Of a stretch of DNA of 64,000 nucleotides, positions 8,412-17,459 are shown piece by piece. This DNA is from Bifidobacteriaceae bacterium (lineage in GTDB: Bacteria; Actinomycetota; Actinomycetes; Actinomycetales; WQXJ01). The notes beneath the pieces were generated by a model. That model was not told the origin of the DNA, did not search any database, and saw only the letters and a program-made list of their open reading frames with translations. Numbering within the stretch: the first letter of the stretch is position 1; each line of letters begins with the position of its first letter. The stretch is from contig JAITJZ010000137.1 in assembly GCA_031278655.1 (NCBI GenBank), positions 4,310 to 68,309 on the forward strand. The letters are read 5' to 3'. A program made the translations under genes and the position numbers.

Positions 8412-9722
8412 TCATTTGTACTGTTCAATCTCAGCGACGAACTTGTCCCAAGAACTCTGCGCGGTGTCCGTCTTGTCCACGTCCACCCGACGCAGCGCCG
8501 GGATCATGGCCGTGTTTTGGACGGCGAAGTAGTGCGGGCCCTTGTACGGCATGACCTTGACCGCCTCGGCCCGCTCAGCGAAGATCTGGCCGGTCGGGGC
8601 GTTGTTGAAGTAGGTGTGCGAGTACTCGGTGACGGCCGGATCGGTGGTGGCGTCCGGGGTGGCGGGGAACAGGCCCGCGTTCTCGAAGGTCTTGACCTGC
8701 TGTTCCGGAGCGGTCAGCCACAGCGCCAAAGCCTTGGCCTCATCGAAGTGCTCGGTCTGAGTCGGGATCGACAGGAACGACCCGCCCCAGTTGCCGCCGC
8801 CGCCGGGGAAGACGTTGGCGACGTCCCAACCGGTCACGCCCGCGGCGTAGTCCTGGATTGGGCCCAGGATCCACGACGGGCACAAGATGGTGGCGAAGGC
8901 GCCGTTCTGGAAGGCCTGGCCCCAGTCGTCGTTCCATTGCTGCAACCCGGCCGACAGGCCGTCGTCCAGAGCGGCCGTGGTGACCTGGTCGAATATCGCC
9001 TTGACGTCCGGATTGGTGTCGGCGATGACGTTGTCGTCCTGGTCCTCGTAGGGATATTCAAGCTGGTTGACCATGCCCTGGTAGATCGACGCGGCCTCGT
9101 CGAACCACTTGGCGCCGCCTGGAGAGTTGGCCACGAACTGCTCGCCGACCTCGAAGTACTTCGCCCAAGTGGCGTTCGCGCCGCCGAACAGCTCCGCCAC
9201 TTCGGCGCGGTCGGTCGGCAACCCGGCCTGCTCGAACAGGTCGGCCCGGTAACAGATTCCCTCAGGGGCTATGTTGACCGGATAGGCGATCTGTCGGCCT
9301 TCGGCGTCTTTGCCGCCTTCCTCGGCCCAGCCGATGAACCGGCCTTCGATGGCGGGATCGGCCAGGTCATTGAGGTACTGGCTGTAGCCGCGCAATTCCG
9401 GCATCCAGTCAATCTCGACATATTCGATGTCCGCCAGCCCCGACCCGGCGGCGATCTTCGAGTACATGTTCTCCCGCGCCTCATCCGAAGTCGCGGCCCG
9501 CTTGTGCTCAATTGTGATGTTGGGGTGGAGTTCCTGGTATTCCTCCAGCAGCGGCTCAATGCCGAAGTCGTTGAAAGTGGCCACCGTCAGGGTCACTTTC
9601 TCGTCGCCGGCATCACCGCCGGCGTCCTTTTGGTCGCCGCCCCCGGCGCAACCAACCAATAGGACCGCAGCGGCGGCGCCGAATGCTGTGAGAGCCAATA
9701 ACGGCCTCGATCGGGGTTTCAT
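8412..9722 (-). CDS. Sugar ABC transporter substrate-binding lipoprotein (family 1), paralog B
   Basis: Begins MKPRSRPLLALTAFGAAAAVLLVGCAGGGDQ (lipobox). Start at 9722 follows AAAGGAG. Long stretches are identical to paralog A at the protein and DNA level. Confidence 0.9.
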   Translation of the reverse strand: MKPRSRPLLALTAFGAAAAVLLVGCAGGGDQKDAGGDAGDEKVTLTVATFNDFGIEPLLEEYQELHPNITIEHKRAATSDEARENMYSKIAAGSGLADIEYVEIDWMPELRGYSQYLNDLADPAIEGRFIGWAEEGGKDAEGRQIAYPVNIAPEGICYRADLFEQAGLPTDRAEVAELFGGANATWAKYFEVGEQFVANSPGGAKWFDEAASIYQGMVNQLEYPYEDQDDNVIADTNPDVKAIFDQVTTAALDDGLSAGLQQWNDDWGQAFQNGAFATILCPSWILGPIQDYAAGVTGWDVANVFPGGGGNWGGSFLSIPTQTEHFDEAKALALWLTAPEQQVKTFENAGLFPATPDATTDPAVTEYSHTYFNNAPTGQIFAERAEAVKVMPYKGPHYFAVQNTAMIPALRRVDVDKTDTAQSSWDKFVAEIEQYK

Positions 9723-9896
9723 CGTGTTTGACTCCTTTGTCACTGGTACGGCGCGAGGTCCACGCCTCAACATATCCTAACGTCCTGACACGTAAAGTCG
9801 TCAACATCTCGGCGAACGCGCTGGTAAAACGTGCCCAGATCGTTACAAAGCCTGCAAAGCCACGCCACGAGCGGCCTGTTTTCAGTCACTCATCAG

Positions 9897-9912
9897 GACA
9901 TGTCTGCTAGAC
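9897..9912. promoter_or_regulatory. Candidate HutC/GntR-type operator in a divergent promoter region
   Basis: GACATGTC (a perfect 8-bp palindrome) overlaps GTCTgctAGAC, 42-57 bp upstream of the dehydrogenase start. A GTCT..AGAC core is typical of HutC-subfamily operators, and a HutC-type GntR gene is in the same cluster. Confidence 0.3.
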
Positions 9913-9953
9913 TCGTCGCGTAATCGAGCCCAACATGAGGGAGAGCAAGGCCG

Positions 9954-11009
9954 ATGAAAGCCCTTGTCGCCCACGGACCCGGCCAGTTGGCCGTGGAGCA
10001 CCTGCCAACGCCCAAGCCCAATCAGTTCCAAGCCCTGACCAGAACCGTCAGTTGCGGCATCTGCGCGGGCACCGACCAAAAGCTGATCGACCACCACTTC
10101 AAAGGCTTCGAAAACTATCCCGCCGCCATCGGACATGAGGCCATCGGCGAGGTGGTCGAAGTCGGCGCCAAGGTCACCAGCTTCCGCCCCGGCGACCTGG
10201 TGACACTGCCGTTCCTGTATGAACCGGTCGACGGCGTCACGCCGGCCTGGGGCGCCTTCGCCGAATACGGGTTGGTCGGCGACGCGGCGGCCTGCGCCGC
10301 GGCCGGGCTCACGCCCGGCGACCCCGAATTCGACACCACCTACCTGGCCCAGAAGAAGATCGCCGTCACCCCGAAGCTGTCGGCCGTGGAGGCGGCCCAA
10401 ATCGTCACGCTGCGCGAGGTCTATTCCGCGGTCAGGTTCTTTGGCCTGCGGCCCGGGCAGACGGCCGTGATCTTCGGCGCCGGACCAGTCGGCCTCAGCT
10501 TCACCCGTTTCGCGGCACTGACCGGCCTGGCGGAGATCCTGGTCGTGGACGTCAACCCGGCCAAGACAGCCGCCGCGCTGGCCGCCGGGGCGACTGACGC
10601 CTTGGACTCGACCGCCGCGGACCCGGTGGCCTGGGCGGCGGAGCGCGTCCCGGGCGGCGTGGACGTCGTCATCGACGCCGTCGGCGTCACCGCCTTGGCC
10701 AGTCAGGGCCTGGCCATGATCAAGGACCGCGGCAAAGTCTGCGTCTACGGCATCGCCCCCACCAGCCAAATGAACCTGGACTGGTCGCGCGCGCCGTACA
10801 ACTGGTCGTTGCAGTTCCAGCAGTTCCCCCGCAAAGCCGAAGAAGGCCAGGCGCACGCGCAGATCATCGACTGGATCGAGGCCGGCGAACTGGTGCTGGC
10901 CGACTACATCTCACACGTCATCGCCTTCCAAGACGTGCTCGACGCCTTCGCCCTGGTGGCCGAGCGGCGACCGGAGACCAAAAAGATCGTCATCGCCTAC
11001 CCGACCTGA
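9954..11009 (+). CDS. Zinc-binding medium-chain alcohol/polyol dehydrogenase family protein
   Basis: CGICAGTD and GHEAIGEVVEVG are Zn-ligand motifs, and VIFGAGPVGL is a Rossmann motif. ATG at 9954 is preceded by GAGGGAGAG. Confidence 0.8.
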   Translation: MKALVAHGPGQLAVEHLPTPKPNQFQALTRTVSCGICAGTDQKLIDHHFKGFENYPAAIGHEAIGEVVEVGAKVTSFRPGDLVTLPFLYEPVDGVTPAWGAFAEYGLVGDAAACAAAGLTPGDPEFDTTYLAQKKIAVTPKLSAVEAAQIVTLREVYSAVRFFGLRPGQTAVIFGAGPVGLSFTRFAALTGLAEILVVDVNPAKTAAALAAGATDALDSTAADPVAWAAERVPGGVDVVIDAVGVTALASQGLAMIKDRGKVCVYGIAPTSQMNLDWSRAPYNWSLQFQQFPRKAEEGQAHAQIIDWIEAGELVLADYISHVIAFQDVLDAFALVAERRPETKKIVIAYPT

Positions 11010-11019
11010 GGAGCCAGCC

Positions 11020-12033
11020 GTGTTGACCCCAAGCCTGTTCTCGATCCTGCCGGACTACGTCGTCACCCCCGACGGCATGCAGCCGCACCCGGACGGCGAC
11101 CTGGTGCTGTCCTGCCCCAATTTCGCCGATGAAGCGATCTCGGGGGTCGTGGTCCGGATCACCCGCACCGGCGAGGTGACAAAGTGGTTCGACGTGCCCC
11201 GGCATCCTGAGACAGGAGTCGCCCGCAACATGGGCCTGGCCCTGGGCCCGGACGGCACTTGTTATCTCTGCGACAACCAGGGCTGGTCGGGCGAAGACGC
11301 GCTGGCCTTCAAAGGGCGGCTGCTGGCCGTGCGCGCGGGCCGCGACGGCGTCATCGAGAGCCGCACCGTCGCCTGGGGCATGGAACACCCGAACGGCGTT
11401 CGGATCAAGGGCCGCCACCTTTACGTCACCCAGTCGTTGCTGACCCGCGAACAAGACCCGTCCGGCCAGGTCGTCTCAGGCGTCTACCGCTTCGACCTTG
11501 AGGACGATGACGTGTTCGTCACCAACACGCGCGAGGACCCGCAGTTGATCGCCACCTTCACCACCCGCGACCCCGAAGTCCAATACGGCGCCGACGGGAT
11601 CGTCTTCGGACCGGACGCAAGCCTTTACGTGGGCAACTTCGGCGACGGCGAGGTCTACCGAATCACCTTCGACGCGCGCGGCGAGGTGCGAGCCAACCAG
11701 CCGTTCGCGCGCGACCCGGAGCAACTCCGGTCAACCGACGGCATGATCTTCGACGAACTGGGCAACCTCTACGTGGCGGACTTCTCCGCCAACGCGCTGG
11801 CTCGCGTCCGCCCAGAGGGCCAGGTCACCCGGATCGCCGAAAGCCCCGACTCCGACGGGCTGGGCGGAGAGTTGAACCAACCCGGGGAGCCGGTGATCTT
11901 CGACGGCCGGATCATCGCGTCCTGTTTTGACCTGGTGACCGGGCCTGACAAAGTCAACACCGGGCACTCGCTCCCGGCCACGCTCTGCCAGGTGCCGCTG
12001 GCCGCCGCCCAGGCTTGGGAGAGGCCCACGTGA
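11020..12033 (+). CDS. SMP-30/gluconolactonase/LRE-like beta-propeller protein
   Basis: 337 aa with repeated propeller-like segments (PNGVRIKGRHLYVTQS, ADGIVFGPDASLYVGNFG, TDGMIFDELGNLYVADF). No signal peptide. The family call is from pattern only. Confidence 0.55.
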   Translation: MLTPSLFSILPDYVVTPDGMQPHPDGDLVLSCPNFADEAISGVVVRITRTGEVTKWFDVPRHPETGVARNMGLALGPDGTCYLCDNQGWSGEDALAFKGRLLAVRAGRDGVIESRTVAWGMEHPNGVRIKGRHLYVTQSLLTREQDPSGQVVSGVYRFDLEDDDVFVTNTREDPQLIATFTTRDPEVQYGADGIVFGPDASLYVGNFGDGEVYRITFDARGEVRANQPFARDPEQLRSTDGMIFDELGNLYVADFSANALARVRPEGQVTRIAESPDSDGLGGELNQPGEPVIFDGRIIASCFDLVTGPDKVNTGHSLPATLCQVPLAAAQAWERPT

Positions 12034-13556
12034 CCCATATCCTCGCTCACGACCTCGGCACCAGCCAGAACAAGGCCGCGCTGTACCGGATCGATGATTG
12101 CTCGCTGGAATCAGCGGTCACCGCCTCGTACACGACGCACCATCCGGCGCCGGGTTGGGTCGAGCAGGACCCCGCTGACTGGTGGGACGCAGTGGCCGCG
12201 TCCACCCGGCAGTTGTTGTCCCAGGCGGGCGTCTCCCCCACCGATGTCGCCGTGGTCACCTTCTCGGGGCAAATGATGGGGTGCCTGCTGGTGGACGGCG
12301 CCGGCGAGCCTCTGGGGCGCTCCCTGATCTGGGCAGACACACGCTCGACCGAGCCGGAGGCCTGGATGAACCAGCAGGTCGGGGAGGACCTCGGGTACAG
12401 GATCACCGGCCACCGGCTGTCGGCCAGCTATTCGGCGGCCAAGGCATTGTGGCTGAAATGGAACCGGCCCGAGTTGTTCGCCCGGGCGGCCAGGATGCTG
12501 AACGCGAAGGACTACATGGTCTATCGCCTGACCGGCGAGTTCTTCACCGACTATTCGGACGCCTCCTCGACCAACCTGTTGGACATCCGGCGGCGCGCCT
12601 GGTCAACCGATTTGACCGAGGCCTTCGGGTTGCCGGCGGCGCTGCTGCCGGAGTTGCGGGCCTCGGCCGAAGTCGTCGGCTCGGTCTCGGCCGAGGCCGC
12701 CGCCGCCACGGGACTCGCCCAAGGCACGCCGGTGGCGATGGGCGGCGGCGACGGATCTTGCGCCTGCGTCGGCGCCGGCGTGGTCGAACCCGGTCGAGCC
12801 TACAACGTCATCGGAACCTCGTCGTGGATCTCGCTGGCCGCCCGCGAACCTCACTTCGACCCGGCTCGGCGCACCTTCAACTGGGTCCACCTGGACCCGG
12901 CCTTGGTGACGCCCTGCGGCACGATGCAGGCGGCGGGGTTCTCGTACGGGTGGTATCACGACACGTTTTTCCCCGGCGTTGACGATGCCGTCTTGGCGGC
13001 TCACATCGACGCCGCGCGGCCGGGCGCGGGCGGCGTCGTCTTCTTGCCATATTTGCTGGGCGAGCGTTCGCCGCTGTGGGATTTGAACGCTCGCGGGGCC
13101 TTCATCGGCATGGGCGCCGCCACCAGCGCGGCCGACATGACCAGGGCCGTCTTCGAGGGAATCGGCTACAACCTGCGGCTGATCCTTGAGATCCTCGACC
13201 AAGCCAGCCCCATCGCCGCTGTTCGCATGATCGGCGGCGCCGCCCGCAACCGTTCTTGGACGCAGATGCTGGCCGACATCTGGGACCGGCCGCTCGAGCT
13301 TCTGGCCGATGTCGAGACCGCGACTTCGCGCGGGGCGGCCGTGGCCGGCGGGATCAGCGTTGGCGCTTACCCGGATTATTCGGTGGCCGCCGAATTCGCC
13401 CAAGTCAGCCGACGGGTGGCGCCCATTGCCGGGCGGCACGGCCATTATGAGGTCCCGTTCGCCCGTTTCCGCGAAAGCTATTCCCTCTTGGCCCCGATCT
13501 TCGGCAAACTAGCTGTTGACGCCGCGGCGCGGAAGGAAGGTGGCAAGCTGACATGA
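12030..13556 (+). CDS. FGGY-family carbohydrate kinase (xylulokinase-like)
   Basis: N-terminus is ILAHDLGTSQNKAAL, followed by WVEQDPADWW, GGGDGSCACVGAG and MIGGAARNRSWTQMLADI. I prefer the GTG at 12030 (after GGGAGAGG, overlapping the upstream stop). The track start is the TTG at 12015. Confidence 0.85.
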   Translation: MTHILAHDLGTSQNKAALYRIDDCSLESAVTASYTTHHPAPGWVEQDPADWWDAVAASTRQLLSQAGVSPTDVAVVTFSGQMMGCLLVDGAGEPLGRSLIWADTRSTEPEAWMNQQVGEDLGYRITGHRLSASYSAAKALWLKWNRPELFARAARMLNAKDYMVYRLTGEFFTDYSDASSTNLLDIRRRAWSTDLTEAFGLPAALLPELRASAEVVGSVSAEAAAATGLAQGTPVAMGGGDGSCACVGAGVVEPGRAYNVIGTSSWISLAAREPHFDPARRTFNWVHLDPALVTPCGTMQAAGFSYGWYHDTFFPGVDDAVLAAHIDAARPGAGGVVFLPYLLGERSPLWDLNARGAFIGMGAATSAADMTRAVFEGIGYNLRLILEILDQASPIAAVRMIGGAARNRSWTQMLADIWDRPLELLADVETATSRGAAVAGGISVGAYPDYSVAAEFAQVSRRVAPIAGRHGHYEVPFARFRESYSLLAPIFGKLAVDAAARKEGGKLT

Positions 13557-14308
13557 CGAGCGCGATCGTGACCCGGTTCGAGATCGACAAGGCCCTGCCC
13601 ATACCGCTCTACCGGCAGCTCAAGGATCGGATTCTGAGCCACATCCGCGATGGCACGTTGGAGCCCGGCGACCTGCTGCCCTCCGAGTCCGAGCTGGGGC
13701 AGGCGCTGGGCCTGTCGCGCCCGACCATCCGGCAGGCCCTGTCGGAGTTGGCGTTGGAGGGATTCATCACCAAGGAGCAGGGCCGGGGGTCGTTCGTGGC
13801 GAAACCCAAGACTGAAGGCCACTTTCTGTCAAAACTGCAATCGTTCAGCGACGAGATGCGGCAACTGGGGTTGGAGCCGTCGACCGAGTTGCTGTCCTTG
13901 CGGGTGGTGGCGTCCATACCGAAGGTCAACGACCGCCTCGGTTTGCCGCTCGGGCACCCGTTGGTCGAGTTGGCCCGTTTGCGGTCCGCCGATGCCGTGC
14001 CCATCGTCTACGTGGAGACCTACTTGCCGGGGGTCGAGTTCGCCGATCTGGTGAACTTCGATTTGGCGGGAGCCTCCCTTTACGCCACCCTCGAGAAAGA
14101 CTTCGGCGCCGCGGTCACGCGCGTGACCCGCACCATCGAAGCTTGCTTGGTCCGCCCGCGCGAGGCGAAGCTGCTGAAGGTCGAGCCGCCCAGCGCCATC
14201 TGCTTGGTGCGCACCGTCGCTTACGCGGACGGCCGCGGGCCGGTCGAGTACTCGATCGCCCGTTACCGGGGCGACCAGACCCAGTTCAGCCTGGAGCTGT
14301 ATCGATGA
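13553..14308 (+). CDS. GntR-family transcriptional regulator, HutC subfamily (winged HTH plus UTRA domain)
   Basis: PIPLYRQLKDRILSHIRDGTLEPGDLLPSESELGQALGLSRPTIRQALSELALEGFI followed by a UTRA-like C-terminal half. ATGA overlap with the kinase stop. Confidence 0.9.
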   Translation: MTSAIVTRFEIDKALPIPLYRQLKDRILSHIRDGTLEPGDLLPSESELGQALGLSRPTIRQALSELALEGFITKEQGRGSFVAKPKTEGHFLSKLQSFSDEMRQLGLEPSTELLSLRVVASIPKVNDRLGLPLGHPLVELARLRSADAVPIVYVETYLPGVEFADLVNFDLAGASLYATLEKDFGAAVTRVTRTIEACLVRPREAKLLKVEPPSAICLVRTVAYADGRGPVEYSIARYRGDQTQFSLELYR

Positions 14309-15339
14309 GCCCGCCAGACACGGATCGGTCCTTGGACCTGGTGGTCGCGGCGATGCTGGCCACCCAGCGCCATTCCTGGGAACAGGGTGTGGCGATGCAG
14401 GCGCTGGCGGCCATCGGCCGTTGGGAGACGCTGGCGGCCCTGGCGCATGAGTCGATCGCTGTCAGCGTGGCCGAGGACGGCCGGGTCGGCGTCTTGGCCG
14501 GGCCCGACGCGGGCTCGGCCACGGACGCCTGCGCCTGCGGCGCCGGTTTGGCGAAGGCGGCCGCGCTGACGGGTGACCCGGCCTTCGGCCGGGCGTTGGC
14601 GGCCTTGGAGGACTGGGCCTTGCGCGGGGCGCCCAGGCGGGCGGACGGCATCGTGTACCACGAGATCGCCCATCCTCGCGTCTGGGTCGACTCTGTCTTC
14701 ATGCTGCCGCCGTTCCTGGCCGCGACCGGGCACTTCGACGAAGCCGTGGCCCAGATCGACGGCTACTGGCGGACCCTGCGCGACCCTGCCTCCGGCCTGC
14801 TTTTCCACATGTGGGACGAGGACAGCGGCCGGATTGAGTGGGCCAATCTGTGGGCCACCGGGAACGGCTGGGCGGCGGCCGGGATCGCCCAGGTGGCGGC
14901 TGCGGCGCCACCTGGCCGCGAGGCGGAGCGAGCCGAGCTGTCCGCCAAGCTGGCGGCGTTGGCGGCGGGCATGGCCCGCTATCAGACGCCGGCCGGCCTC
15001 TTTCACAATTTCGTGGACCGTCCCGAGACCTTCCTCGACGCCGCCGGAGGCTGCCTGCTGGCCTACGCGATCTTCCTTGGCCTCAGCGGCGGCTGGCTGG
15101 ACCGTTCGCACGCCATCACCGCCCGGCGCAGCCTGACGGCCGCCGCGAGCGCGATCAACCGCTACGGGTTCTTGAACCCAGTGGTCGGGGCGCCGGATTT
15201 CACCCGACCCGGAGTCTCGGCCGAGGCTCAGGCCGCCTTCATTTTGATGTGGACGGCGGCCGCCGACTGCGGCGAGGCGTTGCCAGCGATCATCCCGGGC
15301 GGCGCGCCGCCACCGCAAGCTCAGTCCAGCCGCAGGTAG
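14305..15339 (+). CDS. Glycoside hydrolase family 88/105-like protein (unsaturated glucuronyl/rhamnogalacturonyl hydrolase type)
   Basis: HSWEQGVAMQAL and WATGNGWAAAGIA resemble the WxRGNGW motif of GH88/GH105. No signal peptide. The ATG at 14305 overlaps the gntR stop, and the track ORF start at 14143 is run-through. Confidence 0.6.
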   Translation: MSPPDTDRSLDLVVAAMLATQRHSWEQGVAMQALAAIGRWETLAALAHESIAVSVAEDGRVGVLAGPDAGSATDACACGAGLAKAAALTGDPAFGRALAALEDWALRGAPRRADGIVYHEIAHPRVWVDSVFMLPPFLAATGHFDEAVAQIDGYWRTLRDPASGLLFHMWDEDSGRIEWANLWATGNGWAAAGIAQVAAAAPPGREAERAELSAKLAALAAGMARYQTPAGLFHNFVDRPETFLDAAGGCLLAYAIFLGLSGGWLDRSHAITARRSLTAAASAINRYGFLNPVVGAPDFTRPGVSAEAQAAFILMWTAAADCGEALPAIIPGGAPPPQAQSSRR

Positions 15340-16328
15340 TCGGCGTGATTGGGGAGTCCCGCGTCCAGCCCTGAGGCGTCTAGAACCGCCCGCCAGACGG
15401 CGTCTTCGATCGGCCAGGAGGCCCAGGCCAGCGCCTGTTCCACGCGCTCGGGGCGGGCCATGCCGACAATGGTCGATCCGATGCGCGGGTCGCGCAAGGA
15501 GAACTGGAGGGCGGCCGCGCCGAGGGGCACGCCGGCCGCCGCGCAAATCGCCTCGACCCGGCGGACCGCCTGGAGGGTCGGCCCCGGCATGGGCGCGTAG
15601 CAATAGGTCGGGTTGGTGGCCGTGCCGCGCGCCAGCGAGCCGCCGCCGAAGGGCGCGGCGTTGACAATGCCGACCCCTGCGGCGGCCGCCTTGTCGAACA
15701 ACGCGTCGGCCGTGCGGTCGGCCAGGGTCCAGCGGTTGTGGCTGATCAGAACGTCGAACAGGCCAGTGTCCAGGTAACGGGACAGTAGGTCGGCCGGGCC
15801 GCCAGCCACGCCCAGGTGGTCGGCCAGCCCTTCAGCCTTGATCTTGGCCAGCTCTTGGACCGGGCCGCCCCGAGCCAGCGCCTGAGCGTGGGGAATCCTC
15901 TCCGGGTCGTGGAAATGCAAGACGGGCACACGGTCCATCCCGAGGCGGCCCAGCGAGCCTTCGAAGGAACGCCGCACGGCCGCGCCGTCGAAGCGTCCAG
16001 TGACGGGATCAGGGTCGACTTTGGTCTGAACCACGAAGCCGGCGGGCACGCCCCCGGCTTCGCGGATCGCCAGTCCGATCCGCCGTTCCGCCTCGCCGGC
16101 GGAGTAATCCGCCGACGTGTCCAGGTAGTTGAACGGCCCCGCCAGGACGGCCCGCAAGGTCGCCAAGGCGACTTCGACGGATGTGTCGTGACCGTAGTGA
16201 TGGGCCCAGGACCCAAGCGGGCTGGTGCCCGCGCAAATCGGCGTCACCGCCAGGCCGGTCTGGCCAAGTGGGCGCCGCGCGGCGGGATCGGGCGGCCGAG
16301 GGCCGCCGGAGGCAATCGCGGGGAACAT
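15321..16328 (-). CDS. Aldo/keto reductase
   Basis: LGQTGLAVTPICAGTSPLG, YLDTSADYSAGEAERRIG and ISHNRWTL form a typical AKR pattern. The 3' end overlaps the convergent GH gene by 19 nt. Confidence 0.85.
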   Translation of the reverse strand: MFPAIASGGPRPPDPAARRPLGQTGLAVTPICAGTSPLGSWAHHYGHDTSVEVALATLRAVLAGPFNYLDTSADYSAGEAERRIGLAIREAGGVPAGFVVQTKVDPDPVTGRFDGAAVRRSFEGSLGRLGMDRVPVLHFHDPERIPHAQALARGGPVQELAKIKAEGLADHLGVAGGPADLLSRYLDTGLFDVLISHNRWTLADRTADALFDKAAAAGVGIVNAAPFGGGSLARGTATNPTYCYAPMPGPTLQAVRRVEAICAAAGVPLGAAALQFSLRDPRIGSTIVGMARPERVEQALAWASWPIEDAVWRAVLDASGLDAGLPNHADYLRLD

Positions 16329-16383
16329 ATCGGCCAGCCTACGCGCCCGGCCGGGCGCGCCCGCGACGGCGCCGATCCGGCGT

Positions 16384-17391
16384 TCAGCGGACTGATCGCG
16401 CCGGGCGGGGCGGGGCGGTGGTGGCGCGGACGCGCAGGACCGGCGTCAGCACGCTTGAGCGCGCCGGCGCGGCCAGGCCGCCGATCCGGTCCTCCAGGAA
16501 CTCCAGGGATCGCGCCGCCAGGGCGGCGGCGTCCTGGTGGACCGTCGTCAAGGAGATGGCGCCGAACTGGCCCATGTCGATGTCGTCGAAGCCGGCCACC
16601 GACATTTCGCCGGGCACCGCCACGCCGGCCCGGCCAAGGCCGTGGAGCAGGCCGACCGCGCAGCGGTCGTTGGCGGCCAGGACGGCTGTGGGCGCGAGGG
16701 CGCGGCCGGCCAGCGCTTCGGCGGCGGCGCGGCCGCCGGCCTCGGTGTCCGATCCGGCTATGACATCCGCCTCCTCGCCCGCCGCCCGCCGCGCCATCCA
16801 CTCGCGGTAGGCCGCCTCGCGCGCGCGCATGGCGCTGCCGGTCCCGCTGACGTGCGCGATCCGCCGGTGCCCCAAGGCGCCCAGGTGGTCCATGGCCGCC
16901 CGCACGCCGGCCGCGTCGTCGGAGTGGACCACGTCCACCACGCCGGTCAGGGCCGGCTCGCCCACCACCACCACCGGGCTGGCGGCGTTCAAGGCGACGA
17001 TGCCGTCCACGCCGCCGGTCGGCCCCAGCAGCACGTACCCGGCGCAGGGCTGCCCGGCCAGGGCCGCCAACGCCGCCGCCTCGGCGCGGCTCGGCCCCAC
17101 GGTGGCGAGGATGACCTCCCGCCCCCGGGCTGCGGCGCCTTGTTCGACGGATTCGACCAGGCTGGCGTGGAAGGGGTTGCGCAGCGTCATCAGCACGCCG
17201 ATGGCGCGGCCCGGCCCGCGCGCGAGATGCCGGGCCGCCAGATTGGGTTGGTAGCCGATGCGCGCGGCCGCGGCGCGGACGCGCGCCCGGGTCGCCTCCG
17301 AGGCGCCGGCGGCGTCCCGGAAGACAATCGAGACCAACGCCCGGGAGACCCCGGCCTCGCGCGCCACATCCGCCATTGTTGGGCGTCGCAT
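16384..17391 (-). CDS. LacI-family transcriptional regulator
   Basis: MRRPTMADVAREAGVSRALVSIVFRD is the HTH_LacI motif, followed by a periplasmic-binding-protein-like sugar-binding domain. Start trimmed to the ATG at 17391. Confidence 0.9.
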   Translation of the reverse strand: MRRPTMADVAREAGVSRALVSIVFRDAAGASEATRARVRAAAARIGYQPNLAARHLARGPGRAIGVLMTLRNPFHASLVESVEQGAAARGREVILATVGPSRAEAAALAALAGQPCAGYVLLGPTGGVDGIVALNAASPVVVVGEPALTGVVDVVHSDDAAGVRAAMDHLGALGHRRIAHVSGTGSAMRAREAAYREWMARRAAGEEADVIAGSDTEAGGRAAAEALAGRALAPTAVLAANDRCAVGLLHGLGRAGVAVPGEMSVAGFDDIDMGQFGAISLTTVHQDAAALAARSLEFLEDRIGGLAAPARSSVLTPVLRVRATTAPPRPARSVR

Positions 17392-17459
17392 AGAACCTCG
17401 CTGCCGGTCGGGATCGGTGGCCTGTGGGGCTGGGCGCCCCACCCGGACACTAGCACGCT

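Noticed and set aside
7142-9662. Long plus-strand ORFs (7142..8554 and 8334..9662, 440-470 aa) antisense to the two sugar-binding protein genes
   Set aside because: These are typical high-GC shadow ORFs. Their translations are Arg/Gly/Val/Asp-rich with no recognisable motifs, while the opposite strand encodes lipoproteins with signal peptides, RBSs and operon context.
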